Source of the DNA: Candidatus Micrarchaeia archaeon
GTDB taxonomy: Archaea > Micrarchaeota > Micrarchaeia > Micrarchaeales > CABMGC01
Assembly: GCA_049976305.1 (NCBI GenBank)
Contig: JBMFIM010000002.1
Coordinates: 1-56,412 of the forward strand
Length of the DNA: 56,412 nucleotides
Direction: 5' to 3'
This document shows positions 18,616 through 28,384 of this stretch, in pieces. Made by a program: the position numbers and the translations under genes. The notes below the pieces were generated by a model. The model was not told where the DNA came from. It ran no database searches and saw only the letters and a list, made by a program, of their open reading frames with translations. How positions within the stretch are numbered: position 1 is the stretch's first letter; each line of letters starts with the position of its first letter.

Positions 18616-19449
18616 GTGCGCAATGTGCTAGAAAAGCTAATCGCTGGAAAGTGGATAGCAGGGCCAGACGTAGAGGATGCAATAGAAAGGTCGATGGCGC
18701 TAAACAAGCTCGGCATAAGAACAATCATCAATTACCTCGGCGAGGAGTTCAAAAGCGAGGACAAGGTAGAGGACGCAATGGCGACATATGCTAAGCTAAT
18801 CAAGGAAATAAAAAGAAGAAGAGTGGAGGGCGACATATCGGTCAAGATAACTCAGCTTGGGCTCAGAATAGGCAAGGCTTATGCTACAAAAAACTACCTC
18901 AGGCTTGCAAGTCTTGCAAAACCAATCTTTCTATGGCTCGACATGGAATCAAGCGATACAGTAGATGCTACAATTGGTGCGTATGAAAAGGCACTGCATC
19001 TAGGAAATGTGGGTATATGCCTACAAGCATATCTGAAAAGAAGCTATGGAGATATGAAAAGGCTAGTCAAGAAGGGCGGCGTAATAAGGCTGGTAAAAGG
19101 CGCCTATAAGGAAAGGCCTGAGATAGCATTCCAGAACAAGCAGGCAGTAAATGCGAACTTTGAATTCCTTATGAACTATTTGTTCAAGCATGCAAGCAAG
19201 TTCACCCTTGCAACCCACGATAAGAATATGATAGAGAAGGCACTGCTGCTCAACAGGTCGTACCAGCGCCAAGTCACATATGCATTTCTAAACGGCATTA
19301 GAGGCAGCTATGCAAGAATGCTGGCAGAGAGAGGCGAGCGTGTAGCAGTTTATGTGCCGTTTGGCAAGCTTTGGGCTGATTATGCAATAAGGCGCATGAG
19401 AGAACAGGGCCATGCGATGCTAGTACTCAGATCGTTGTTTGGCAGCTGA
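18616..19449 (+). CDS. Monofunctional proline dehydrogenase family protein
   Basis: LIAGKWIAGPDVEDAI....LGIRTIINYLGEEF, VKITQLG, CLQAYLKRS, IRLVKGAY and LATHD resemble short PRODH enzymes. GTG start. Confidence 0.7.
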   Translation: MRNVLEKLIAGKWIAGPDVEDAIERSMALNKLGIRTIINYLGEEFKSEDKVEDAMATYAKLIKEIKRRRVEGDISVKITQLGLRIGKAYATKNYLRLASLAKPIFLWLDMESSDTVDATIGAYEKALHLGNVGICLQAYLKRSYGDMKRLVKKGGVIRLVKGAYKERPEIAFQNKQAVNANFEFLMNYLFKHASKFTLATHDKNMIEKALLLNRSYQRQVTYAFLNGIRGSYARMLAERGERVAVYVPFGKLWADYAIRRMREQGHAMLVLRSLFGS

Positions 19450-21186
19450 TTGGCTTGCCTTTGCATTTTCCAATTCTTCTCCAATGCCTACTAGGAACTC
19501 AGTAACTAATCTTGTGTACAGCGAAGCAAAGGCTTCATTATGGAAGGAATAACCAAGCAGATGCACATACTCGTGCATAAATATGCCGAGCAAGCCTAGA
19601 AGGGCGCCTTCGTTTTCAGAGCTTCGGCTAAGTATGCTCTTTACTTCTGAATTAGTAAGGTTGAAGCATATCTTTCCTTTGTATTCGAACGCTTCGATGG
19701 AAGGATCATCTAATTCGGCAAAGTAGATCTCAACGCCTCCGATGCTGATTCCCTCCGACAATTTAACGATTTTATCAGCAATTTGTGGCGACGTTACGCT
19801 GTCGAAATTGCTTTTTATGCTAATAACTTTTCCCCTTACAACAGAAGAAAAGGCAGTTTCTTGATAGTTCTGCAATTTGTTGACTAGCTCTTGAATGCGT
19901 GGCATATAATTCTCTATAAATTTCAATGCTTCCTTTTCGACTTCTGCCTTAATGCCACGTACTGCGTATGAACGTGAAAGGTCTATGTCTGATATAGAAG
20001 GAATGCCTGCAAAAAACGGAACCAAATCTTCATCTATGATTATCACTGTATAGCCTGAATCGACTGCTCGCTTTACAAATTCCTCATTTGCAGATTTTAA
20101 GGCCCAAATAGTGTTGGGAATTTTAATCAGCTCTCTGATGCTGAGCTTGCCTTCGCCAGTCTCCACGATAATTACATCGAGGAAGTCTGAAGGTTTTGCG
20201 CGGCCTTGGGAAATGAACCATTCTGCTGCTTTTATGATCTTTTCTCTTTCATTTAGCAAATCTTCTTTCTTCCATTCGGACAGAAACCGGATAAGCGCCT
20301 CCTTGTAGGCATTGTAAATTTCCCAATCATATATTTTTGTATCTTCCCTGCTAAGTGTAGTTACCGTGTCATTTCCCCTTGGTTTGAAATCGACATAGCC
20401 TCCAAGCATGAAAGGAAGCTCGATAGATTTTATTCTTATCCCCTTTTCCGCTATCACCAATTCGTTTGAATGGGTAAATCCAACCTCGTAATCGAGCTGC
20501 CTAAAATCGCCGTCGTACCAGAAGGAGTTATCGTATCTATAAACCCTTAGAGGGGCTAACGACACTTCTACTTTCTTGCCGTTTATGTTCACTTCTAGAC
20601 TCGTACCGCCACCGACCAAAATCCCATTCAAATAATTTTTAAGTTCGTTGCCACTTATCTTGGCCCCTTCTATTATTACCCTTGTTCCATCGATAAACTC
20701 GTTGCTTTCCTTTACAACATATTTTCCTATCTGCTTCCACTCAACCACTGTATTTCCTGTTTGTATAGTTATGCTTCCGCTATAGCTTATGCTGCCATCG
20801 TTATTTTCCTTTGCAATAAGTGCCCAATAAGAAAGCCTGCCGAAGCCGTATCTTCCCCTCTGGCTCTCAGCATCATCTTTAAACTTAAATCCTACTTGGC
20901 TGAATTCCTTTTGAATAAAATCTCGGGACATGCCTTTGCCATTATCTTGAAACAATAGCATGTTGGGAGAAACGCTGATTGAAAGCACAGTAGCGCCTGC
21001 GTCTAAGGCATTCTGAATTATTTCCCTTACAAAGGAAAGCTTATTTTTGTAAATGCTGACTCCTTGTTCGTATAGACCTCTTTCAGTTACACTCAGTGCT
21101 ATCTCCTTTCCTTGACCAGTTACGCCGTTACTTACACTCTGATCCTGGTCGGTGGCCTTTTTTCCAGAAAAAAAGTTAAACTGCAT
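19420..21186 (-). CDS. GHKL (Hsp90/MORC/sacsin-like) ATPase domain protein with a C-terminal HExxH motif
   Basis: N-box VREIIQNALDAGAT, DNGKGM, and G-rich lid RGRYGFGRLSYWA. The C-terminal FMHEYVHLLGYSFHNE has HEYVH at 19561-19575. ATG 21186 is preferred because the longer ORF to 21324 would overlap the divergent gene that starts at 21309. Confidence 0.65.
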   Translation of the reverse strand: MQFNFFSGKKATDQDQSVSNGVTGQGKEIALSVTERGLYEQGVSIYKNKLSFVREIIQNALDAGATVLSISVSPNMLLFQDNGKGMSRDFIQKEFSQVGFKFKDDAESQRGRYGFGRLSYWALIAKENNDGSISYSGSITIQTGNTVVEWKQIGKYVVKESNEFIDGTRVIIEGAKISGNELKNYLNGILVGGGTSLEVNINGKKVEVSLAPLRVYRYDNSFWYDGDFRQLDYEVGFTHSNELVIAEKGIRIKSIELPFMLGGYVDFKPRGNDTVTTLSREDTKIYDWEIYNAYKEALIRFLSEWKKEDLLNEREKIIKAAEWFISQGRAKPSDFLDVIIVETGEGKLSIRELIKIPNTIWALKSANEEFVKRAVDSGYTVIIIDEDLVPFFAGIPSISDIDLSRSYAVRGIKAEVEKEALKFIENYMPRIQELVNKLQNYQETAFSSVVRGKVISIKSNFDSVTSPQIADKIVKLSEGISIGGVEIYFAELDDPSIEAFEYKGKICFNLTNSEVKSILSRSSENEGALLGLLGIFMHEYVHLLGYSFHNEAFASLYTRLVTEFLVGIGEELENAKASQSAAKQRSEY

Positions 21187-21308
21187 GAATTTTTTATACC
21201 TTCGCCGGTATTTATACTTTGATATTTGGAAGCAGTATACAAAAATTTCAACTGCAAGAAAAGGGCAAAACAAAAGTAATAAAATTTTAAATACTATAGC
21301 ATCTTGGT

Positions 21309-21785
21309 ATGAAACTTTTTCCAACCGAAGTAGGCATAACCGAATTGAGGGGGATAATAAGTATTATTAGGGATAACGGTGGAAAAATAAGTTTGCCGCA
21401 GCTATCTAACGAGGCAGAGGAAGACATAGACAGGCTGCTGCCTCTTCTTGAAGCAGGATCTTTGCTTGGCCTAATGAAAATAGAAGGGGCGAACGTAGCG
21501 CTTACCGAACAAGGCAAAGGGCTCAATCCTGAAAATATGGCGAAGATACTTTCCAACGCACTTGCAAAAATAGAACCATTCAAGACTGCTATGAAAATTC
21601 TGAAAGAGAAAGGATCATTAACTACACGAGATCTAGTAAGAAGCCTAAGAAAAATGCGTGTAAAGATATATACAGACGAGGCCCTTGATATTGAAGCTAT
21701 GAGGAAGCTGATGCTGAGGTGGGGCGTAAGGAGCAAGATGTTTTCTTACGATTACAACACAGACGTTTGGTCTCTGCCCTCCTAA
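21309..21785 (+). CDS. Stand-alone AAA-associated C-terminal domain protein (wHTH-like; PF09821-type)
   Basis: ITELRGIISIIRDNGGKISLPQLSNEAEEDIDRLLPLLEAGSLLGLMKIEGANVALTEQG and the C-terminal MLRWGVRSKMFSYDYNTDVW match the domain usually fused to NitT/TauT ABC ATPases, as I recall it. Confidence 0.55.
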   Translation: MKLFPTEVGITELRGIISIIRDNGGKISLPQLSNEAEEDIDRLLPLLEAGSLLGLMKIEGANVALTEQGKGLNPENMAKILSNALAKIEPFKTAMKILKEKGSLTTRDLVRSLRKMRVKIYTDEALDIEAMRKLMLRWGVRSKMFSYDYNTDVWSLPS

Positions 21786-21791
21786 CCCAGG

Positions 21792-22349
21792 TCATGGTAC
21801 AAAAACTGCAGCTGCTATTGCCGTTGTCCACTTCCTATCCTTGCCCACCACTGCCGACTGGGTAATGTTAAATGTCTTAACGATCTTGTTACTCATTTTG
21901 TAGACCTGCTCGCGCTTATCCCAGCTTTGTTCTGCGTTAAACTTTATTCCCAAGGTTGTCGCAAGCATAGTAGCGGCAAGGTCCTCTGCCTTTTCACCTG
22001 CCACTTCGTCGCTCTCACCGAATGCTTCGTATTCGCTAAGATAGCCGTATGTGCTTCTTTCCTTCGGCATCGCGGCGCCTATGCTGGCTGAGATGAGCCT
22101 GTTTGGCTCATTTGATTCTATCTTGCTAAGAACAAGGAAGACAATCTGGCCGGGGCTAAGTAGTTTAAGGCCCTCCTCCTTTTTTATCACCTTGCAGTAG
22201 GGAGGTATTATGCTCGACACCCTTACCAGATTAAACTGCTGAATCTGTGCGTCCCTAAGTGCCTGCTCAAAAGAGCCCAAAGTAGTTGAATCTCTTCCTA
22301 CCCCTTTGGTAAAGAAGATACGCTTAGGCAATAAATCAGTGGTCGACAT
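21792..22349 (-). CDS. pdaD: Pyruvoyl-dependent arginine decarboxylase
   Basis: FFTKGVGRDSTTLGSFEQALRDAQIQQFNLVRVSSIIPP, with the VSS self-cleavage site pattern. Confidence 0.85.
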   Translation of the reverse strand: MSTTDLLPKRIFFTKGVGRDSTTLGSFEQALRDAQIQQFNLVRVSSIIPPYCKVIKKEEGLKLLSPGQIVFLVLSKIESNEPNRLISASIGAAMPKERSTYGYLSEYEAFGESDEVAGEKAEDLAATMLATTLGIKFNAEQSWDKREQVYKMSNKIVKTFNITQSAVVGKDRKWTTAIAAAVFVP

Positions 22350-22629
22350 TTTTTCACCTTACAAAATTGGAAGGATAGCAAGAAAGCCAAGAGAGCAAGG
22401 TCTAAAATATGACATGAACATGCCATCGTAGTATGTTTCTGTGTCTATCTATGACAAGTTTATCAAACATGAACCATAGTTGAATTGATACGTATTCAAA
22501 CGATAAAATTTAAATAATCAGCCCAAACTTCCAACCCTGATCCTAATCGTCGCTATCGCTTAAGGCAAAAGTAAGAAGGTTTGCATTAGCATAGATAAAA
22601 TTTTATACTTATGGAGCAAGATTATCAAT

Positions 22630-23103
22630 ATGGCGATCAGGTACTGGGAATTTGAAGATGCACCTCTCAAAGAGAAACTTAAAAATCCAAATGTCAAAGA
22701 CCTCGCCAAGATTTATTTTGAAAATGACACAAAAGCATACAGGTTTGCAAAGGCACTGCTTGAAGTCAAGAAGAGAGGAGAACTAAAGCTTAGAGATTGT
22801 GATGACAGCCTGCCTATTGCTACGTGGAAGAGATACTTGGATTTTGGTGTACAAGTCGGCCTGCTCAAACATGAAAATAATGCATACTCTTTCACAGACA
22901 GGTATTCAAAGCCTTTGAAAAATATTGCAACATACATAAAAACATGGATTGAAACCCAACAGCCTGAAGATCTATCGGTTTTGTTTCCGCAAGCTCAGAC
23001 TGGCAGACAGAAAAAAAGAGGAGGCAAACAGGCAGAAAACCAAGCCGATGGGCAAAACGCTGAAAATGCTAATGCGAATAACAACATGATTTCTCAGCAG
23101 TAA
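22630..23103 (+). CDS. Hypothetical protein (possible wHTH) with a low-complexity Q/N/A tail
   Basis: 157-aa ORF. A TATA-like GATAAAATTTTATAC sits about 29 nt upstream of the ATG. No firm motif. Confidence 0.5.
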   Translation: MAIRYWEFEDAPLKEKLKNPNVKDLAKIYFENDTKAYRFAKALLEVKKRGELKLRDCDDSLPIATWKRYLDFGVQVGLLKHENNAYSFTDRYSKPLKNIATYIKTWIETQQPEDLSVLFPQAQTGRQKKRGGKQAENQADGQNAENANANNNMISQQ

Positions 23104-23109
23104 CTTAGT

Positions 23110-23874
23110 CTACACTACTGTTTCATTTACTGTTACATTTGGAGCTGAGACAGGCTTTGAGCTCAGGTAAAAGCCAGTTACCGCGATGAATTGCGTAGTG
23201 CTCAAACCTGTGCCTACAAACACTACCCTTATGCTTACATTCTGGCAAAGGAGATTACCAAGAAAGATGCTTGCATTTTCGAATGTTGATTGGGCGTTTA
23301 TGTTTCCGGGCACAGCGTATGTGTTGAAATGAGCCAATATTGCAGGCTTGTTATCTTTCAGTATCTCTATGTAAATGAGATTGTTCAATGGCGAGATTAT
23401 CTTAAAATTAAGGAAAGGAAGCACCACCTCGAACGGTTTAGAGGTAAGATTACCGGGCTGTATTGCAAGGCCTTTTTGGAATGTAGTTGCGGCGAAAGTA
23501 TTGTTGCCAAATCCACTCCATGGCGCCCCGTAGTAGTCCCCTTTTTCGTTAGCCCAAGTAAGATTGAGGGGCGCAGAGCCAAATCCGTAGCCTGTAACTA
23601 CCCAGCCTGCGTATGTGCCTGAAGAAAAATTGCCGTTAGGTATAGCAACAACGGGGCTTGAGGATAAGCAAGACGCTACTTTTGTCAGCGAGGAATTCAC
23701 CGTAGTAGTTTGCGTTGTTGTAGTGGTAATTGTAGTATTGTTGACAGTTGTCACAACGTGCGTGATTCTTGAGGCCGGCTTGCTTGTCTGATATAGGTAG
23801 TACGCAAAAATTATCAGCAAAATCAAGATTATGATATAGGCTACAACCCCTTTGTGCATAGAATCAGATAACAT
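23110..23874 (-). CDS. N-terminally anchored extracellular beta-rich protein with a Thr-rich stalk
   Basis: TM VAYIIILILLIIFAYYLY, linker TTVNNTTITTTTTQTTTV, and a beta-sandwich-like body (GNFSSGTYAGWVVTGYGFG...GNLTSKPFEV) with several sequons. Confidence 0.55.
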   Translation of the reverse strand: MLSDSMHKGVVAYIIILILLIIFAYYLYQTSKPASRITHVVTTVNNTTITTTTTQTTTVNSSLTKVASCLSSSPVVAIPNGNFSSGTYAGWVVTGYGFGSAPLNLTWANEKGDYYGAPWSGFGNNTFAATTFQKGLAIQPGNLTSKPFEVVLPFLNFKIISPLNNLIYIEILKDNKPAILAHFNTYAVPGNINAQSTFENASIFLGNLLCQNVSIRVVFVGTGLSTTQFIAVTGFYLSSKPVSAPNVTVNETVV

Positions 23875-23947
23875 TTAAAATAGAAGGATATAAAAGTATT
23901 AAGGGAAAATTTATTTGTGGTGTTTATTTGGGAAGCATACCTAGAAA

Positions 23948-24628
23948 GTGGAAAAAGAAAGGAAGGATGCGCTGGAAATGGCTGAAAAAAAGAAGAAAAA
24001 GAATGAGAAGAGCGCAGAAGAGGCGCGCAGGAAAGCTATGACAGGAGTAGTAGTAGGCATAGACCTAGCAGGAAGCGAAAAGAGGCCCACAGGATTTTGC
24101 ATAATGGACCTCAGCTTAAACGCACGCACCTCTATACTCTACACTGACTCACAAATACTTCATGAAGTGACAAAAACAGAAGCAAAAATAGTTTGCATAG
24201 ATGCGCCTCTTTCTTTGCCAAAAGGCAGGAAAAGCATTGAAGATAGGTTTGGACCGCACTTCAGGGTCTGCGACATGGAATTGAGAAAAAGGCACATACG
24301 TTTCTTTCCCATAACTTTAGGACCCATGCGGATGCTCACTGAAAGAGGAATAAGGATAAAGGAAAGACTTGAGGGCATGGGCTTTAGGGTTTTTGAATGC
24401 TTTCCAGGCGGCGCCCAAGACGCATTGAACATGCCGCGTAAGCAAGAAGGGTTAAACTTGCTAGCACGCGCACTTAGGAAGCATGGCATAAAAGGCTTGA
24501 AGCCTAGCGCCACAGGCGACGAGCTTGATGCTGCAACATGCGCACTTGTGGGCGTAGACTATATGCTTGGAAAATACGAAAAGCTTGGAGAGGAAAGCGA
24601 AGGCATAATACTTATGCCTAAGCCGTAA
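23948..24628 (+). CDS. DUF429/RNase H-fold predicted nuclease-like protein
   Basis: GVVVGIDLAGSEKRPTGFCIMD....IVCIDAPLSLPKGR pattern. The start is uncertain: GTG 23948, ATG 23978 or later. Confidence 0.4.
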   Translation: MEKERKDALEMAEKKKKKNEKSAEEARRKAMTGVVVGIDLAGSEKRPTGFCIMDLSLNARTSILYTDSQILHEVTKTEAKIVCIDAPLSLPKGRKSIEDRFGPHFRVCDMELRKRHIRFFPITLGPMRMLTERGIRIKERLEGMGFRVFECFPGGAQDALNMPRKQEGLNLLARALRKHGIKGLKPSATGDELDAATCALVGVDYMLGKYEKLGEESEGIILMPKP

Positions 24629-24632
24629 CAAG

Positions 24633-25226
24633 CTAAACATTGGCGATGGTTCTTGCCTGATACCTCCCCCTTTTCTCGATTTCTGCAAGCCTGTGCAGAA
24701 CAGCAGAGGAGCCTGCATAAGCCTTAGCGTAAGCGTTTTCAAAAATCAGGTAAAATTCTTTAGGCAAAGACCTTTTCATAAGCAAGAGGTCTATCGCCTT
24801 TTCTTCTATTCCTGCGTTTGGTTCTGCAAGACCGAGGTCAATAACGCAAACGCCATCTTTAGTAAGCAAGATATTTGCAGGGGTGAAATCGCCATGGGCT
24901 ATGCCAGCATTGTGCAGCTTTGCAAGCTCGATGCCGACATCGGCAATAATTTTTTGATCAAAGACAGAATCACGCATAAGCACGCCCTTTACAAACTCCA
25001 TGTAAATTTCATCACTTCCTGTGGCATAAACAGCAGGCACGCTAACGCCTGCCTTCTTTGCTGCAAGCATGGCATGGGCTTCTTTTTTTGTCCGCGTCTT
25101 TCTTAGCAATATATCGAGCTGGCTAGCCCTGTAGGGCTTGGCATGCCTCTTCTTCACAAGCAGCATAGTTCCGAATATGCTTAATAGGTAAATCTTAGCC
25201 TCTGCACCTTCGCTCAGCAGCTTCAT
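24633..25226 (-). CDS. bud32: Bud32/PRPK-type atypical kinase (KEOPS subunit)
   Basis: GAEAKIYL, a catalytic-loop-like IAHGDFTPANILL, and VIDLGLA. The ATG overlaps the Kae1 stop as ATGA at 25223-25226. Confidence 0.85.
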   Translation of the reverse strand: MKLLSEGAEAKIYLLSIFGTMLLVKKRHAKPYRASQLDILLRKTRTKKEAHAMLAAKKAGVSVPAVYATGSDEIYMEFVKGVLMRDSVFDQKIIADVGIELAKLHNAGIAHGDFTPANILLTKDGVCVIDLGLAEPNAGIEEKAIDLLLMKRSLPKEFYLIFENAYAKAYAGSSAVLHRLAEIEKRGRYQARTIANV

Positions 25227-26197
25227 ATATACACCTCTGCATTTTCTATCCTGTATTTCTGGTTTATAGTACAAGCGTCGAGCTTTTCCGCATGGCCGCT
25301 TTTCAAAGCCTTCTCTGCTACATACGCAATCATAGCGCCGTTGTCTGCGTTGAACTCGTTAGGCGCGTAGCCGAACTTTATGCCGTGCGAGCTAGCGAGC
25401 TTTGCAAGCATTTCCTTTAGCCTTGTGCTCTGCGCTACGCCTCCGCAAACGCAAAGCTCCTTAGATTTTGTCAAAAGCAAAGCCCGCTCTGTAGCTTCGC
25501 ACAGCATAGCATAAGCAGTTTCCTGCAAAGAGTAGCAAAGGTCTTCTATGCGTGCCTTGCCTATCTGCTTTTTGGCATGGGTGAGCAAACCTGTAAAAGT
25601 AAAGTCCATGCCTTTGACGGTATAAGGCATTGCCATGTAGTTTCCTCCTTTTGCCACTTTCTCAACTGTCGAACCCCATGCTGGATCTAGATTTGCTGAT
25701 CTTGCAAAGCTGTCGAGCATGTTGCCTACTCCTATGTCAAGCGTTTCGCCTAGCACACGATATCGCATTGAAAGCTTGTCTAGCTTGAGTATTTGCGAGT
25801 TGCCTCCGCTGACATAAAGGGCTATAGGATCTTTCAGTTTGCCAAAGTGTTTTGCAATTTCTATGTGAGCGACTGCATGGTTGACAGGTGCTATGGGCAC
25901 GTTGAGCCTATACGCCAAAGTTTTTGCCGCAAGCAGGCCTATTTGAAGGCATGTGCCTATACCTGGGCCTTTGGTATACCCTATGCCCTCTATTTCCTTT
26001 ATTTTGACTCCTGCCTTTTGCAGAGCTTCGCCTATTACCTTTTTCGCCACTTTGGCGTGGAACTCGGCGACACGCGATGGCAGCATGCCCTGGGTTCCTA
26101 TACTGTACATACTCTTTTCATTCGCAATAATCTCGCCATCTTTCACTATACCGACTCCAAAAGTGTGCGCGCTGCTTTCTATGCCAAGTACCAGCAT
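25223..26197 (-). CDS. kae1: Kae1, tRNA N6-adenosine threonylcarbamoyltransferase
   Basis: MLVLGIESSAHTFGVGIV, the NHAVAHIE metal-binding motif, and ASKHA-fold length of 324 aa. Confidence 0.9.
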   Translation of the reverse strand: MLVLGIESSAHTFGVGIVKDGEIIANEKSMYSIGTQGMLPSRVAEFHAKVAKKVIGEALQKAGVKIKEIEGIGYTKGPGIGTCLQIGLLAAKTLAYRLNVPIAPVNHAVAHIEIAKHFGKLKDPIALYVSGGNSQILKLDKLSMRYRVLGETLDIGVGNMLDSFARSANLDPAWGSTVEKVAKGGNYMAMPYTVKGMDFTFTGLLTHAKKQIGKARIEDLCYSLQETAYAMLCEATERALLLTKSKELCVCGGVAQSTRLKEMLAKLASSHGIKFGYAPNEFNADNGAMIAYVAEKALKSGHAEKLDACTINQKYRIENAEVYI

Positions 26198-26700
26198 TAC
26201 AACTCATCCAGTTGATAGCTTATCAGCTCATCGCAAGAAGGGCCTATAACAAATCTTGCCCTGAACTTTTTCCTAGAAAGTACAAGCGGCAAGATAAGTG
26301 CTTCGCACTTGCTTATGTGCTTATTTGCTTCCTCTTTTCTTACCCATTCTGCATTAGCATTGCCACTTCCTGAAAAATCGGTGCTTGAAAGCACAAATAT
26401 CTTCCTTTGCACGCTGTTGGCATCGTTTGGCATAAACAGCACTTCGCCGTCTAGCTGCAATGCGTTGACTACGATGCCTGTCTTTTCATAAACTAGCCTT
26501 GCAGCTGCCTGTTGTGGACTTTCCCCACTCTTTATCTCGCCCCCTATCGACATTAAGCCTTTATCAGACTTGTAAAAGAGAAGGCCATGCGTGTTGAATA
26601 CGTAGCATTGAACCTCGTTTTTTATCAAGGCCCTTTCCCCTCTAAGCATCAGCTTAGCTTCCTTGCTTGCCTTCTGCTTAGGCTTTTCAACAATCGGCAT
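26197..26700 (-). CDS. Nudix hydrolase
   Basis: Nudix-box-like GGEIKSGESPQQAAARLVYEKTGIVV. Its stop overlaps the Kae1 start codon by 1 nt. Confidence 0.65.
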   Translation of the reverse strand: MPIVEKPKQKASKEAKLMLRGERALIKNEVQCYVFNTHGLLFYKSDKGLMSIGGEIKSGESPQQAAARLVYEKTGIVVNALQLDGEVLFMPNDANSVQRKIFVLSSTDFSGSGNANAEWVRKEEANKHISKCEALILPLVLSRKKFRARFVIGPSCDELISYQLDEL

Positions 26701-26701
26701 A

Positions 26702-27814
26702 TTAATCCTTTACTATGAAGTCTTCAAGCTTGTCTTTAAGCCTTTCCTTCTCCTTATTGTGCTTTTCCATGAATGCAAGCACCTTTTTGAGCAAGTCTTC
26801 TTTGTGCTCTTTTGCAAGTATTGTACCGCTCCTCTCAGCTGCAAAGATTTCCTCGAGCCTTTTGTCATCGGGCTCAAAGAGAAACTTATTGTATTGGCAT
26901 ACAGCACATATGTCTGGATTGCCACCGTATTTTCTTTGCAACTCTGCAGTGGGCTGCTGGCCGGTAAAGGCGTTCATTATCTTTTTCTCTATCACCTCGG
27001 GCGGGTCTGACAAATAGATTGTCTCTTCCGGCTTGCTAGCAGACATTTTCATACCTCCGCTTAGGCTTGGCATAAATTTCAGATGCATTATTGCTGGCTT
27101 GTAGTAACCAAGCTTTGGAAGCACATCGCGTGAAAGCCTGAAGTGCACATCCTGGTCTACGCCTAGAGGAATAAGACATGGCACATTCCTGCCTTCTTCT
27201 ACAGATTTCAGCACTGCTGGCGCGGCCTGCATGCTTGTGTAGAATATGCTTCCTACGTTGTTGTTGTTTGTAAATCCAAATGCATCTTTTATCATTGAGA
27301 AAGTAATGTGCTTTGCAACGCGAACTGCTATCGGGTAAAGCTTGCCAGCATATTCTGTATCTAGAAATATCTTTGTCTTCTTTGGCTTAAATCCTAGTGC
27401 AACAATATCGAGTGCATCTTCATATGCCAGCCTGTGAGTTTCTTCAAAGGTCACATTCCTTATGAGCGCTTTCTCCTCGTCAGGTATCTGAATATAAACA
27501 TCGGCATCGAACTTCTCTTGAAGCCACTGAGATAGCATAAAAGGAAGAAGCTGCGCTATGGTCATGTGGCCAGAGGGGGCTATGCCTGTATATACATAGA
27601 ATTTGTTCCCCTTTTCATACTCGTCCAAAAGCCAGTTTAGATCCCTGTGTGCAAACACAACCTGCCTTCTTATTAGGAAGTGAAGATCCCCAGCAAGGTG
27701 CTTTATACGCTCCCTGAGCTTATCATCTATAGGCGTTATCCCGAATTGCTGGATCAGCCTGTCATAGTCTACCTTGCCCTCTACCTCGTAAGGTGTTACC
27801 TTGAAATCTGCCAT
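26702..27814 (-). CDS. trpS: Tryptophanyl-tRNA synthetase (archaeal/eukaryotic type)
   Basis: VTPYEVEGKVDYDRLIQQFG N-terminus, a class I HIGH-region equivalent PSGHMTIAQ, and the KMSAS motif (GGMKMSASKPE). Confidence 0.9.
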   Translation of the reverse strand: MADFKVTPYEVEGKVDYDRLIQQFGITPIDDKLRERIKHLAGDLHFLIRRQVVFAHRDLNWLLDEYEKGNKFYVYTGIAPSGHMTIAQLLPFMLSQWLQEKFDADVYIQIPDEEKALIRNVTFEETHRLAYEDALDIVALGFKPKKTKIFLDTEYAGKLYPIAVRVAKHITFSMIKDAFGFTNNNNVGSIFYTSMQAAPAVLKSVEEGRNVPCLIPLGVDQDVHFRLSRDVLPKLGYYKPAIMHLKFMPSLSGGMKMSASKPEETIYLSDPPEVIEKKIMNAFTGQQPTAELQRKYGGNPDICAVCQYNKFLFEPDDKRLEEIFAAERSGTILAKEHKEDLLKKVLAFMEKHNKEKERLKDKLEDFIVKD

Positions 27815-27925
27815 TCTATCTTATAGATTTTTGACATTACCTCTTTTATAAGTTTGTTTGCTAAGCTCAAGGCAAGCCTGAATGTTGAACACAAGGCTAA
27901 ATAGTCTTTCTGCAAAAGTAAAAGT

Positions 27926-28270
27926 ATGCTGAGGTTTTTGAAAAGGGATAAGGAGCAGGAAAAGAAGCCGGAGACCCCAGCAACTATCATAGAGAGAAAA
28001 GAAGAAAACGTTGTGCAAACTAAACCAGCACTGGCTGACCCCGAAAAAGACCTTGCTGAGGTTTTCAACACAACAGAGGCCGTTATTGCAATCTATACCA
28101 TGACAAGCCCGGCAGAAGTTAGGGTCATTGGCCGCTCAACAACTAAGGCGTTTTCTGCAGAGCCTTCAGTTTTGCAAGAAGTAAGAATGCTGCTGGCTGA
28201 AAGAGGCTTTGTCAAAGACAGAAGCACCGTTGAGTCTATAGAGATCTACAGAAAAGCAGACAATAAGTAG
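27926..28270 (+). CDS. Hypothetical protein
   Basis: 114-aa ORF upstream of the RNAP operon. No motif recognised. Confidence 0.45.
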   Translation: MLRFLKRDKEQEKKPETPATIIERKEENVVQTKPALADPEKDLAEVFNTTEAVIAIYTMTSPAEVRVIGRSTTKAFSAEPSVLQEVRMLLAERGFVKDRSTVESIEIYRKADNK

Positions 28271-28384
28271 AAAGCCTTTGCATTTGACATTGCGATTGCT
28301 TTAGCTAGCCTTTGCCAGAAAAATATAAAAATGTTTGTTTAGTAATTATACACTAAGCCCGTAGTACTTATTTTAGGTGTAGAG

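Noticed and set aside
21187-21324. A possible N-terminal TM extension (VFKILLLLFCPFLAVEIFVYCF) of the GHKL protein
   Set aside because: It would overlap the divergently transcribed gene that starts at 21309 and would consume the only promoter space. ATG 21186 leaves a 122-nt AT-rich divergent promoter region. This is not fully excluded.
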